Notes: a model not told the origin generated them from the letters alone. 64,000 bases of DNA from Eledone cirrhosa (GCA_964016885.1 OZ024748.1:15624001-15688000), one strand, 5' to 3'. Positions 38,327 through 60,256 are shown, numbered from the stretch's first letter. Translations and numbers: made by a program.

Positions 38327-39732
38327 CATATATATATATACATATTATATATATACATATATAAATATACATATGTATACATATATATATACATATATAA
38401 ATATACATATGTATACATATATATATACATATATATATAAATATACATATGTATACATATATATATACATATATATATACATATATATATACATATATAT
38501 ATACATATATATATACATATATATAAACATATGTATACATATATATATACATATTTTTATACATACATATGTATACATATATATATATATACATACATAT
38601 GTATACATATATATATATATATATACATACATATGTATACATATATATATATACATACATATGTATACATATATATATATATACATACATATGTATACAT
38701 ATATATATATATACATACATATGTATACATATATATATACATAAATATAAGTATGTACACGTTTCATTTCAATTTTTCCGTTTATATATACATACATGCA
38801 TATGTATACATATATATATACATACATACATATGTATACATAATATATACATATATATACATATATACATATGTATACATATATATACATATATATACAT
38901 ATATACATATGTATACATATATATACATATATACATATGTATACATATATATACATATATATATACATGTGTATACATATATATACATATGTATACATAT
39001 ATATACATATATACATATGTATACATATATATACATATATATACATATATACACATATATATACATATATACACATATATATACATATATACATATATAT
39101 ACATATGTATATATATATATACATATGTATATATATATATACATATGTATATATATATATACATATGTATACATATATATACATATGTATACATATATAT
39201 ACATATGTATACATATATATACATATGTATACATATATATACATATGTATACATATATATACATATGTATACATATATATACATATGTATACATATATAT
39301 ACATATGTATACATATATATACATATGTATACATATATATACATATATATACATATGTATACATATATATATACATATGTATACATATATATATACATAT
39401 GTATACATATATATACATATGTATACATATATATACATATGTATACATATATATATACATATGTATACATATATATATACATATGTATACATATATATAT
39501 ACATATGTATACATATATATATACATATGTATACATATATATATACATATGTATACATATATATATACATATGTATACATATATATATACATATGTATAC
39601 ATATATATATACATATGTATACATATATATATACATATATATATACATATATATATACATATATATATACATATATATATACATATATATATACATATAT
39701 ATATACATATATATATATACATATATATATAC

Positions 39733-39829
<97 letters not shown>

Positions 39830-39831
39830 CA

Positions 39832-39880
<49 letters not shown>
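37660..39880. repeat. (TA)n/(TATGTATACATA) compound microsatellite array
   Basis: Direct inspection. Confidence 0.95.
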
Positions 39881-39883
<3 letters not shown>

Positions 39884-40322
39884 TCAGGTTTGAGGTTCAC
39901 CACTGTATAGAGCTGGTCTATTCCGTATAGTCAATCGTAATGCAATAATATAGAGAGTACTCAACGTAAAGCAGTTCAACCGTCTTTGTTTTTGTAGTTG
40001 GTGGTGCTATTACGGAGTTAAATATTATAATGAAATGACAGGAGGCTGGATTTGTGTAAATCCTTGAAAGGTTTATTATACTATGATCATTTCAATGACC
40101 GGGTTCCGTATGAATCCGGTGATATCATGCCGCTGTTGATTATTACATTTTGAAGTGCTCAACATTTCAGGAGCGTTATTTATTCAGGTTTGAGGTTCAC
40201 CACTGTATAGAGCTGGTCTATTCCACTGGTCTATTCATACGGAACCCGGTCATTGAAATGATCATAGTATAATAAACCTTTCAAGGATTTACACAAATCC
40301 AGCCTCCTGTCATTTCATTATA
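39881..40322. mobile_element. Short insertion with partial-tandem plus inverted structure (PLE pseudo-LTR-like), in (TA)n
   Basis: 44-bp direct repeat at 39881-39924 and 40181-40224; ~90-bp inverted repeat at 40026-40115 and 40233-40322. Confidence 0.7.
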
Positions 40323-43087
<2,765 letters not shown>

Positions 43088-43275
43088 GTAGATAAATCTA
43101 CCAAGAGTTTACGGTAGTGTCCAATCCGTATGAAGAACTCAATGTATTCCGGATATCATGGAAAGAAGAGATGTAATGAAAAACCACTTTCGGTGAAAGA
43201 TAAACGGTATACAGAGTCAAGATAAAATATTAAACAAATAATGAATAAACAATTCCTTATATTAAACAAAAAAAG

Positions 43276-43430
43276 TTCATTATTTAACGATCGTTTCTAG
43301 GATATATATGTGTTAGAATTGGTATGCATATTCAACAGATCTATGTACAAAATTATACAAAATTATACAAATTATCAAGATTAAATATACATACCAAACA
43401 CATATATACGCCGTCTTCAGAAATAATGAA
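43276..43430 (-). ncRNA. Type I hammerhead ribozyme with extended stem II
   Basis: 10-bp stem I TTCATTATTT/AAATAATGAA, CTGAAGA, long stem II (TATATATGTGTT/AACACATATATA and GGTATGTATATT/AATATGCATACC), GAAA, C-GATC-G, GUU. Confidence 0.85.
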
Positions 43431-44120
43431 GTATATTTATTGATAATAACAACAATTCAAAATTTCAGTTCAAAATTGACCAATGAAAACACAAAGGGTT
43501 AAATGCAGTTCGGTGTGTGTATATACATGTAAAACCCTTACACATATTTTACAAAAATGTATGTATAATTTGTATACGCATACTAAAAGGATGGATGCAA
43601 ATACAAAATTTCAAGGTTAATGTCTCTGTAAGCTTACAATGCGCAGATAAGATGCGTATTGACACTTATGGAGTCAAGTATATAAATATATAAATATATT
43701 TTTTCATACTCACACATATCCGTACAATCACACATACACGCGCGTAAATGCATAAATATACACATAACCACGAACATACAAACACACACGCACCCCCACT
43801 CACATTTATATATGTGGATATAAAATCATAAGCACATGGATATTAATTCACTCACATAAAACACTGGCACACACATTTTTAGATCAAGATACAGAAATTA
43901 GGTGGGAGGGGGGGGAGGGGTCAGTATTCAACTGTCTGAGCAGACTGCTTAATATAAATGTATCTATAAACTAAGAAAAATAAAAAAATAAAACAATAAA
44001 ATATAATAAATAAAACATTAAAGAGGAAAGAATAGAGAGAAAAATAGAAAAAAGAAAAAAGAAAAAAGAAAAAAGAAATATATCAAGAAAATAAATATAT
44101 ATATATATATACACATATAT

Positions 44121-44170
<50 letters not shown>

Positions 44171-44377
44171 ATATATATATATACAAAAACATACATATAT
44201 ATACACATAGACACACACATATCCATACATAAATATACACACATATATAAACACATATATACATATACACACATCCACACTAAGAACATACATATACATA
44301 CATATATAAACATATACATATACACACATACATACATATACACATATACATACAAATACACATACACATATATATAC

Positions 44378-44425
<48 letters not shown>

Positions 44426-44807
44426 ATGTGTGCATACACGTACATATACACACACATATACATATAATTACACATACTATATAGACACAGATATATATAA
44501 CCACACACATACATGCACATATATAACACTTACATACTAATATACATACAGATATACACATACATAGCTATATATACACACAAATATATACAGACTTACA
44601 TATATACACATACAGACAAATACTTACGCATCTATATATCGGTATATACATACAAACACCACTACACTATCACACAACTTAGAAATACAAAGAGAAAGGT
44701 ATATAGCTATACACACATACATATACAAATAGAAAAACATATAGATATATATATATATATATATATATACATACACACACATATACATATAGATATATAT
44801 ATATAAC

Positions 44808-44840
<33 letters not shown>

Positions 44841-45192
44841 CACATACAAATACACATACATACACATACAGATATATACACATACATATCTGTACATACA
44901 CATAGAAATATTTACGCATACACACATACACACATACATATACAGTCATACACACACATACACCTACACGAACATACACATACACATATATAAAGATATA
45001 TATATACACACACACACACGCGCAACACATACACACATACACATATATATAAAAAATAAATAATAAAGATATATACATATATATATATACACATACATAT
45101 ATATATATATACACATACCCCTAAATATACATACACATACATACACACATACATAGACATACATGTACATACATATACGTACATCGATATAC

Positions 45193-45223
<31 letters not shown>

Positions 45224-45497
45224 TAGACATATAGATACATACACACACAACTTACATACACACATATATATACATGTATATTCATACATAGAATTAGATA
45301 TATAATCATACATACATATGCACTTACTTATACTCATATATACAAATACATACGCATCCATATATGCGTATATACATAAAAAACCACTACAACCTCACCT
45401 AACTCAGACATACAAATAAAAATAATAATAAAAAGGCATATGTATATACATACACACACGCATTAATAGAGATATACATATACACACATGCATACAC

Positions 45498-45556
<59 letters not shown>

Positions 45557-45819
45557 CATACACTCATACATATATATATATATATATACACATAGATACC
45601 CACACACTCATACCACCATAAATACACATACAAACACCCACATATACATATATATATACACACGTATATATATATATATATATATACACACACATAAAAA
45701 ACAGACATGCACATATATATATATTTTTATTTTTTTACACTTATATATACACATATTATATACACATACACAACCTCACTTATACACACATACACATAAG
45801 TTATATTATAATAATAAAG

Positions 45820-45858
<39 letters not shown>

Positions 45859-45958
45859 CATACATATACATACATACATACATATACATACATACATATA
45901 AACATATACATACATAAATACACACATACGAATATAGACATATATTCACACATAGACA

Positions 45959-46009
<51 letters not shown>

Positions 46010-47677
46010 ATATACACAGACACATATACACACTCACATATATACATGTGTGTGTGTGCACACACACATATATACACACACACACATATATACACATAAA
46101 CACATACATATGCATACATGCACACACACACACATATATCACATAGATACGAAGATAGACATATAAATAGAGAGACATACATATACATACACACACATAC
46201 ATACACACGCATATACATATACATATATATATACATATATATATTCCTATATATACATGCATACATACATATACACATATATACACATACATACACATAT
46301 ACGTACACACATTCACATACTCATACATATATACATGCATATATACACATATATACATACATACACACACTCATATATACACACACAATCTTACATTCAT
46401 ATTTGCATGCGCATATATGTATTTTTATATTTAGATATAAATACCCAAACCTATATAGACACCTACCTACATATATATTCATACATAGACGCTTACAAAT
46501 ACAGATGATAATAGTATGGGGGAAAGGGGGTGTTTGGAGAAGGGGATCAAAATAAATATATGTTTCAAGAAACATAGAATATTTTCCGTATCTTTATCCA
46601 ATGTATGTTCTTACATATTTTCAGTGTTAGGAAATACAACAAACAAGAACTAAGGCAAAATCTATGCATCTCAAAATAAACAAGTATACCATTAATCATA
46701 TGTTAACTAAACCAAAGATAGTCAACATATTGATTTCTAAGGTGTAAATTAGTTAGGTTTATAATATTTGAAGCAGAATTTTGAAGTTAAACAGTAGTAG
46801 AGTATTAATTACAGTATAACTAAATTAAAGTTAATAACGTTATGGTATCAATATTAGGAAATGAATTTAGTAATAGGGAAAAAAAAAAAAAAAAAAAAAA
46901 AAACCCAAATAAAAATAAAATAAAGTATTACATCGGTAGTAGAATATAAATTATAGGTTAACTAAATTAAGAATTATATATTTATTTCAATAGTATATGT
47001 TAATTAGGTATACAATACATAAAGCAGATATTGTATTTCATCAATAGCATAATATAATTATATGCAAATAGAAATCAAAATTAATACGCATACATATACA
47101 TATACATACACATACATATATACATATATATACACACATATATATATATATATACACATATATACACATATACATACACACACACACATACACATACACA
47201 TATACATATACATATCTTTTTCAAAAAATTGCATAGAATATATTAACTAGGTATATATCCAAAACACATCCCATTCTATGATTACATGACATTCTGCAAT
47301 TCGTCTGTATAAGGATACTAATTTTAAGCAAATTAAAATTAAAATTTTTAGGTTGATTAAAACTAAAACCAAATTATAAATATATTTCTAAAATGTATAT
47401 TAATTAGGTCTATAATACTAAAAATTATTTCTCTGTCATTGGATGCACGATATTATTTTGTTATATTTTATCTGTAAAAGAATTATAATAAAAGGTTTAA
47501 ATAAATTAAAATTAATCTATAAATTAAATTATTAAGTATATATTAGTAATATTTAAAGGTTTTTCACAATTTATGATTACATAATATTTTATATTCTCAT
47601 CTGTAATAAAATTTTAATTAAATTAAATTTATAGGTTAACTAACGTTTAAATTAAATTAATTTCTAAAATAATGTTA

Positions 47678-48205
47678 TTAATTAGGTTTATAATATTTAA
47701 ATGTTTTTTTTAGTTTATGATTACACGATATAATTAATTCCTGTCGTTTATTTAATAAGATATCCTTAGACTTCATTATTTCAAATAGTTCTTGGGAACA
47801 TAATCTACATTCATTTCTATTATTTTGATAAGGGGTGGCTCTTTTGAGCACACTCCAGGTCAAATCATATTTTATATTCTTATTTTTATAACTATTGATT
47901 TTTTCTGCTAGAGATGTTGTATTAGCCAGTGCGGCATTTTTAAAACTATGCTTGTGGGTATTAAACCTTGTCTTAAAATTGTTAGAGGTAGCTCCTATAT
48001 ATGAGCAAATAGAATCTTTAGTTTTAACATTACATTTATAGACTATGTTGTTAACAAGACAATTCCCTTTTAATGGGCAGTTTGCTTTGTTTCTACAGTT
48101 ACATCCTTTCGTTAATTCTGTATTTGAGGAGATATTATGGTTAATTTGATGTACTGGTGGTATACTTATGGTTTTCTTACATTTATATGCATTATATGCA
48201 CTTAT
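47678..48205 (-). CDS. PLE C-terminal GIY-YIG endonuclease fragment
   Basis: CNCRNKANCPLKGNC, IVY..YIG, FKTRFNTH, CRLC..E, LLNKRQE..CNH. Confidence 0.9.
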   Translation of the reverse strand: MSAYNAYKCKKTISIPPVHQINHNISSNTELTKGCNCRNKANCPLKGNCLVNNIVYKCNVKTKDSICSYIGATSNNFKTRFNTHKHSFKNAALANTTSLAEKINSYKNKNIKYDLTWSVLKRATPYQNNRNECRLCSQELFEIMKSKDILLNKRQELIISCNHKLKKTFKYYKPN

Positions 48206-48405
48206 NNNNNNNNNNNNNNNNNNNNNNNNNNNNNNNNNNNNNNNNNNNNNNNNNNNNNNNNNNNNNNNNNNNNNNNNNNNNNNNNNNNNNNNNNNNNNNN
48301 NNNNNNNNNNNNNNNNNNNNNNNNNNNNNNNNNNNNNNNNNNNNNNNNNNNNNNNNNNNNNNNNNNNNNNNNNNNNNNNNNNNNNNNNNNNNNNNNNNNN
48401 NNNNN
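48206..48405. other. Assembly gap (200 N)
   Basis: Run of N. Confidence 1.
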
Positions 48406-48464
48406 ATATATATATATACATATATACATATACATATATACATATACATATATAACATATATAC

Positions 48465-48495
<31 letters not shown>

Positions 48496-48519
48496 CATTA
48501 TATATATATATATATACAT

Positions 48520-48551
<32 letters not shown>

Positions 48552-49145
48552 CATATATATATATACATATATATATATACATATATTATATATACATATA
48601 CATATATATATATACATATATATATACATATATATATACACATATATATACATATATATATACATATATAATACAATATATATACATATATATATACATA
48701 CATATATATAATACATATATACATACATATATACATATATATATATATACATATATAATACATATATAAACATATATATACATACATATATATATACATA
48801 TATACAAATATATATACATATATACATATATATATATACATATATATATACAATATATATACATATATATACATATATATATATACTATACATAATATAT
48901 ATATACACATATATATATATACATATATATATACATATATATATATACATATATATATATACATATATATATATACATATATATATATACATATATATAT
49001 ATACATATATATATATACATATATATATACATATATATATACATATAATATATACATATATATATTATACATATATATATACATATATATATACATATAC
49101 AACATATATATACATATACATATATATATATACATATATATATAC

Positions 49146-49176
<31 letters not shown>

Positions 49177-49177
49177 C

Positions 49178-49272
<95 letters not shown>

Positions 49273-49284
49273 CATATATATACA

Positions 49285-49366
<82 letters not shown>

Positions 49367-49383
49367 CATATATATACATATTA

Positions 49384-49415
<32 letters not shown>

Positions 49416-49416
49416 C

Positions 49417-49511
<95 letters not shown>

Positions 49512-49532
49512 CATATATTATATAATATATAC

Positions 49533-49563
<31 letters not shown>

Positions 49564-49695
49564 CATATACATATATACATATATACATATATATATATAT
49601 ACATATATATATATACATATATACTTTATACATATACATATATATATATACATATATACATATACATATATACATATACATATATACATATATAC

Positions 49696-49746
<51 letters not shown>

Positions 49747-50378
49747 CATATATATAATATACATATATATATATACATATATATATATACATATATATAT
49801 ATACATATACATATATATATATACATATATATATACATATATATATACACATATATATATACATATATATATACATATATATATACATATATATATACAT
49901 ATATATATACATACATATATATATACATACATATATACATACATATATACATATATAATATATATACATATATATATACATATATATAAACATATATATA
50001 TACATATATACATATATATATACATATATACAAAATATATATACATATATACATATATATATATACATATATATATATACATATATATATACATATATAT
50101 ACATATATATATATACATATATATATACATATATATATATACATATATATATATACATATATATATACATATATATATATACATATATATATATACATAT
50201 ATATATATACATATATATATATACATATATATATATACATATATATATATACATATATATATACATATATATATACATATATATATATACATATATATAT
50301 ATACATATATATATACATATATATTCATATACATACATATATATACATATACATATATATATATACATATATATATAC

Positions 50379-50409
<31 letters not shown>

Positions 50410-50410
50410 C

Positions 50411-50505
<95 letters not shown>

Positions 50506-50517
50506 CATATATATACA

Positions 50518-50599
<82 letters not shown>

Positions 50600-50654
50600 C
50601 ATATATATACATATATATATATATACATATATATATATACATATATATATATAC

Positions 50655-50733
<79 letters not shown>

Positions 50734-50778
50734 CATATATATATATACATATATATATATATACATATATATATATAC

Positions 50779-50809
<31 letters not shown>

Positions 50810-50822
50810 CATATATATATAC

Positions 50823-50853
<31 letters not shown>

Positions 50854-51022
50854 CATATATATATATTCATTATTTGTTTAATATTTTATCTTGACTCTGT
50901 ATACCGTTTATCTTTCACCGAAAGTGGTTTTTCATTACATCTCTTCTTTCATGATATCCGGAATACATTGAGTTCTTCATACGGATTGGACACTACCGTA
51001 AACTCTTGGTAGATTTATCTAC

Positions 51023-51060
<38 letters not shown>

Positions 51061-51318
51061 GTATATATATATATGTATATATATATATGTATATATATAT
51101 ATGTATATATATATATATGTATATATATATATGTATATATATATATATGTATATATATATATGTATATATATATATGTATATATATTTATATATGTATAT
51201 ATATATATGTATATATATATGTATATATATATATATGTATATATATATGTATATATATATACATATATATAAATATACATATATATATACATATATATAT
51301 ATATACATATATATATAC

Positions 51319-51363
<45 letters not shown>

Positions 51364-51510
51364 CATATATATATATACATATATATATATATACTATATA
51401 TATATACATATATTATATATTACATATATATATATATACATATATATATATACATAAATATATATACATATATATATACATATAATATATATATATATAT
51501 TATATATATT
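48406..51510. repeat. TA array containing an inverted copy of the PLE 3' end (50864-51022)
   Basis: 50864-51022 is the reverse complement of ~43088-43247; array orientation flips after it. Confidence 0.9.
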
Positions 51511-51696
51511 GTAGATAAATCTACCAAGAGTTTACGGTAGTGTCCAATCCGTATGAAGAACTCAATGTATTCGGATATCATGGAAAGAAGAGATGTAATG
51601 AAAAACCACTTTCGGTGAAAGATAAACGGTATACAGAGTCAAGATAAAATATTAAACAAATAATGAATAAACAATTCCTTATATTAAACAAAAAAG

Positions 51697-51851
51697 TTCA
51701 TTATTTAACGATCGTTTCTAGGATATATATGTGTTAGAATTGGTATGCATATTCAACAGATCTATGTACAAAATTATACAAAATTATACAAATTATCAAG
51801 ATTAAATATACATACCAAACACATATATACGCCGTCTTCAGAAATAATGAA
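51697..51851 (-). ncRNA. Hammerhead ribozyme (duplicate of 43276-43430)
   Basis: Same sequence and core as 43276-43430. Confidence 0.85.
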
Positions 51852-52781
51852 GTATATTTATTGATAATAACAACAATTCAAAATTTCAGTTCAAAATTGA
51901 CCAATGAAACACAAAGGGTTAAATGCAGTTCGGTGTGTGTATATACATGTAAAACCCTTACACATATTTTACAAAAATGTATGTATAATTTTGTATACGC
52001 ATACTAAAAGGATGGATGCAAATACAAAATTTCAAGGTTAATGTCTCTGTAAGCTTACAATGCGCAGATAAGATGCGTATTGACACTTATGGAGTCAAGT
52101 ATATAAATATATTTTTTCATACTCACACATATCCGTACAATCACACATACACGCGCGTAAATGCATAAATATACACATAACCACGAACATACAAACACAC
52201 ACGCACCCCCACTCACATTTATATATGTGGATATAAAATCATAAGCACATGGATATTAATTCACTCACATAAAACACTGGCACACACATTTTTAGATCAA
52301 GATACAGAAATTAGGTGGAGGGGGGGACGGGGTCAGTATTCAACTGTCTGAGCAGACTGCTTAATATAAATGTATCTATAAACTAAGAAAAATAAAAAAA
52401 TAAAACAATAAAATATAATAAATAAAACATTAAAGAGGAAAGAATAGAGAGAAAAATAGAAAAAAGAAAAAAAGAAAAAGAAAAAAGAAATATATCAAGA
52501 AAATAAATATATATATATATATACACATATATACACATACATATATAATATATATATATATATATACACACATACATATATATATATACAAAAACATACA
52601 TATATATACACATAGACACACACATATCCATACATAAATATACACACATATATAAACACATATATACATATACACACATCCACACTAAGAACATACATAT
52701 ACATACATATATAAACATATACATATACCACATACATACATATACACATATACATACAAATACACATACACATATATATAC

Positions 52782-52829
<48 letters not shown>

Positions 52830-53211
52830 ATGTGTGCATACACGTACATATACACACACATATACATATAATTACACATACTATATAGACACAGATATAT
52901 ATAACCACACACATACATGCACATATATAACACTTACATACTAATATACATACAGATATACACATACATAGCTATATATACACACAAATATATACAGACT
53001 TACATATATACACATACAGACAAATACTTACGCATCTATATATCGGTATATACATACAAACACCACTACACTATCACACAACTTAGAAATACAAAGAGAA
53101 AGGTATATAGCTATACACACATACATATACAAATAGAAAAACATATAGATATATATATATATATATATATATACATACACACACATATACATATAGATAT
53201 ATATATATAAC

Positions 53212-53244
<33 letters not shown>

Positions 53245-53596
53245 CACATACAAATACACATACATACACATACAGATATATACACATACATATCTGTACA
53301 TACACATAGAAATATTTACGCATACACACATACACACATACATATACAGTCATACACACACATACACCTACACGAACATACACATACACATATATAAAGA
53401 TATATATATACACACACACACACGCGCAACACATACACACATACACATATATATAAAAAATAAATAATAAAGATATATACATATATATATATACACATAC
53501 ATATATATATATATACACATACCCCTAAATATACATACACATACATACACACATACATAGACATACATGTACATACATATACGTACATCGATATAC

Positions 53597-53627
<31 letters not shown>

Positions 53628-53897
53628 TAGACATATAGATACATACACACACAACTTACATACACACATATATATACATGTATATTCATACATAGAATTA
53701 GATATATAATCATACATACATATGCACTTACTTATACTCATATATACAAATACATACGCATCCATATATGCGTATATACATAAAAAACCACTACAACCTC
53801 ACCTAACTCAGACATACAAATAAAAATAATAATAAAAAGGCATATGTATATACATACACACACGCATTAATAGAGATATACATATACACACATGCAT

Positions 53898-53936
<39 letters not shown>

Positions 53937-54223
53937 TACATATATATATATATATACACACATACACTCATACATATATATATATATATATACACATAGA
54001 TACCCACACACTCATACCACCATAAATACACATACAAACACCCACATATACATATATATATACACACGTATATATATATATATATATATACACACACATA
54101 AAAAACAGACATGCACATATATATATATTTTTATTTTTTTACACTTATATATACACATATTATATACACATACACAACCTCACTTATACACACATACACA
54201 TAAGTTATATTATAATAATAAAG

Positions 54224-54264
<41 letters not shown>

Positions 54265-54364
54265 CATACATATACATACATACATACATATACATACATA
54301 CATATAAACATATACATACATAAATACACACATACGAATATAGACATATATTCACACATAGACA

Positions 54365-54415
<51 letters not shown>

Positions 54416-56082
54416 ATATACACAGACACATATACACACTCACATATATACATGTGTGTGTGTGCACACACACATATATACACACACACACATATATACA
54501 CATAAACACATACATATGCATACATGCACACACACACACATATATCACATAGATACGAAGATAGACATATAAATAGAGAGACATACATATACATACACAC
54601 ACATACATACACACGCATATACATATACATATATATATACATATATATATTCCTATATATACATGCATACATACATATACACATATATACACATACATAC
54701 ACATATACGTACACACATTCACATACTCATACATATATACATGCATATATACACATATATACATACATACACACACTCATATATACACACACAATCTTAC
54801 ATTCATATTTGCATGCGCATATATGTATTTTTATATTTAGATATAAATACCCAAACCTATATAGACACCTACCTACATATATATTCATACATAGACGCTT
54901 ACAAATACAGATGATAATAGTATGGGGGAAAGGGGGTGTTTGGAGAAGGGGATCAAAATAAATATATGTTTCAAGAAACATAGAATATTTTCCGTATCTT
55001 TATCCAATGTATGTTCTTACATATTTTCAGTGTTAGGAAATACAACAAACAAGAACTAAGGCAAAATCTATGCATCTCAAAATAAACAAGTATACCATTA
55101 ATCATATGTTAACTAAACCAAAGATAGTCAACATATTGATTTCTAAGGTGTAAATTAGTTAGGTTTATAATATTTGAAGCAGAATTTTGAAGTTAAACAG
55201 TAGTAGAGTATTAATTACAGTATAACTAAATTAAAGTTAATAACGTTATGGTATCAATATTAGGAAATGAATTTAGTAATAGGGAAAAAAAAAAAAAAAA
55301 AAAAAAAACCCAAATAAAAATAAAATAAAGTATTACATCGGTAGTAGAATATAAATTATAGGTTAACTAAATTAAGAATTATATATTTATTTCAATAGTA
55401 TATGTTAATTAGGTATACAATACATAAAGCAGATATTGTATTTCATCAATAGCATAATATAATTATATGCAAATAGAAATCAAAATTAATACGCATACAT
55501 ATACATATACATACACATACATATATACATATATATACACACATATATATATATATATACACATATATACACATATACATACACACACACACATACACAT
55601 ACACATATACATATACATATCTTTTTCAAAAAATTGCATAGAATATATTAACTAGGTATATATCCAAAACACATCCCATTCTATGATTACATGACATTCT
55701 GCAATTCGTCTGTATAAGGATACTAATTTTAAGCAAATTAAAATTAAAATTTTTAGGTTGATTAAAACTAAAACCAAATTATAAATATATTTCTAAAATG
55801 TATATTAATTAGGTCTATAATACTAAAAATTATTTCTCTGTCATTGGATGCACGATATTATTTTGTTATATTTTATCTGTAAAAGAATTATAATAAAAGG
55901 TTTAAATAAATTAAAATTAATCTATAAATTAAATTATTAAGTATATATTAGTAATATTTAAAGGTTTTTCACAATTTATGATTACATAATATTTTATATT
56001 CTCATCTGTAATAAAATTTTAATTAAATTAAATTTATAGGTTAACTAACGTTTAAATTAAATTAATTTCTAAAATAATGTTA

Positions 56083-56874
56083 TTAATTAGGTTTATAATA
56101 TTTAAATGTTTTTTTTAGTTTATGATTACACGATATAATTAATTCCTGTCGTTTATTTAATAAGATATCCTTAGACTTCATTATTTCAAATAGTTCTTGG
56201 GAACATAATCTACATTCATTTCTATTATTTTGATAAGGGGTGGCTCTTTTGAGCACACTCCAGGTCAAATCATATTTTATATTCTTATTTTTATAACTAT
56301 TGATTTTTTCTGCTAGAGATGTTGTATTAGCCAGTGCGGCATTTTTAAAACTATGCTTGTGGGTATTAAACCTTGTCTTAAAATTGTTAGAGGTAGCTCC
56401 TATATATGAGCAAATAGAATCTTTAGTTTTAACATTACATTTATAGACTATGTTGTTAACAAGACAATTCCCTTTTAATGGGCAGTTTGCTTTGTTTCTA
56501 CAGTTACATCCTTTCGTTAATTCTGTATTTGAGGAGATATTATGGTTAATTTGATGTACTGGTGGTATACTTATGGTTTTCTTACATTTATATGCATTAT
56601 ATGCACTTATATTTTGTTTTATGTTATTTGTTGTAGAGTATGAGAATTTAACTGTAGACCTATTTAAGATTTGATGGTATTTGTGGTTTGGCGGGAAGTT
56701 TTTCTCAAGGATATAAAAAAATTTTTTAGCAATATTATCCTTAACTTGTAAATTAAAAGGAGCATTATACCAAGTAACCCGTCTATTACGGTTTCTATGT
56801 TGTTTATTATTTTTATTATTTTTATAGGTTGTATCGTGATTTTTACTAGGATTTTTACTAGGATTTTTACTAAC
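56083..56874 (-). CDS. PLE ORF C-terminus: thumb/linker plus GIY-YIG endonuclease (263 codons, no start codon, mostly missed by the ORF track)
   Basis: Manual translation RNRRVTWYNAPFNLQVKDNIAKKFFYILEKNFPPNHKYHQILNRSTVKFSYS..CNCRNKANCPLKGNCLVNNIVY..YIG; frame open to the stop at 56083. Confidence 0.9.
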   Translation of the reverse strand, partial: VSKNPSKNPSKNHDTTYKNNKNNKQHRNRNRRVTWYNAPFNLQVKDNIAKKFFYILEKNFPPNHKYHQILNRSTVKFSYSTTNNIKQNISAYNAYKCKKTISIPPVHQINHNISSNTELTKGCNCRNKANCPLKGNCLVNNIVYKCNVKTKDSICSYIGATSNNFKTRFNTHKHSFKNAALANTTSLAEKINSYKNKNIKYDLTWSVLKRATPYQNNRNECRLCSQELFEIMKSKDILLNKRQELIISCNHKLKKTFKYYKPN

Positions 56875-56961
56875 ACATATATATCCTAGAAACGATCGTT
56901 AAATAATGAACTTTTTTTGTTTAATATAAGGAATTGTTTATTCATTATTTGTTTAATATTT

Positions 56962-59427
<2,466 letters not shown>

Positions 59428-60256
59428 TATAACTAGGGTAAGAACGGGATGGAAGAAGTTTAGATAACTACTACCACTGCTAGCTGCAAAAAGCTTCTCC
59501 CTCAAAATGAACGGCAGACTGTATGATGCGTGTATCCGAACAGCGATGTTGCATGGTAGTGAGACCTGGGCGCTGAAGGTGGAAGACTTATGTAGATTAG
59601 AGAGAAATGAAGCCTGCATGCTCCAGTGGATGTATAATAGTAATATACGCGAACGACAAAGCATACATGAATTGAGAGAGAGACTGAGCATAAGAGGAAT
59701 CGAATGCTGTGTGCAGGAGAGGCGGTTGCGTTGGTATGGACATGTGATGCGTATGAAAGATGACAGCTGCATAAAAAGGTGCAGGGCACTAGAAGTCGAT
59801 GGAAACCGCGGAGTGGGGAGACCCAAGATGACCTGGGATGAGGTGATAAAAGCCGACCTTACCCAATTACACCTCACAAAGGCGATGACACATGACCGTG
59901 ACCTCTGGCGTCATGCAGTAATACAGAGTACCCGACCTCCCATGGGTACAAGCTGAAGCATATAGACAATATGCCCCCACACCCCCCCACTGCAACGTGG
60001 TCGTGGAGGTGCCACGGCAAAAAAGCACCCAGCCCACACTGTAAAGTGGATGTGTAGGCACCACGAAAAATCACCCAGCACTCACTGTAAATGAGGTTGG
60101 TGTTAGGAAGGGCATCCAGCTGTAGAAATCAAGCCAAATCAGTTCCTGTATGAGCAAGGCATGGTCAGCCGACCAGACACTGCACACGACAGGACAACCC
60201 ATCTAACCCATGCTAGCGTGGAAGAACGGACGTAAAACGGTGATGATGATGATGAT
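59428..60256 (+). mobile_element. RTE LINE, heavily 5'-truncated, same family as 4291-6559
   Basis: [28 protein letters not shown]..; one nonsense codon near 59465; same 3'UTR; (GAT)n tail. Confidence 0.95.

Larger units (their letters stand above)
43088..48205 (-). mobile_element. Penelope-like element, copy A (cut by the assembly gap)
   Basis: GIY-YIG ORF end at 47678, ~4.6 kb downstream non-coding region, hammerhead near the 3' end, TA flank. Confidence 0.85.

Noticed and set aside
56083-56874. Selenoprotein-encoding Naiad-type PLE
   Set aside because: The endonuclease is C-terminal and no in-frame TGA is present in the visible frame; no convincing SECIS seen.
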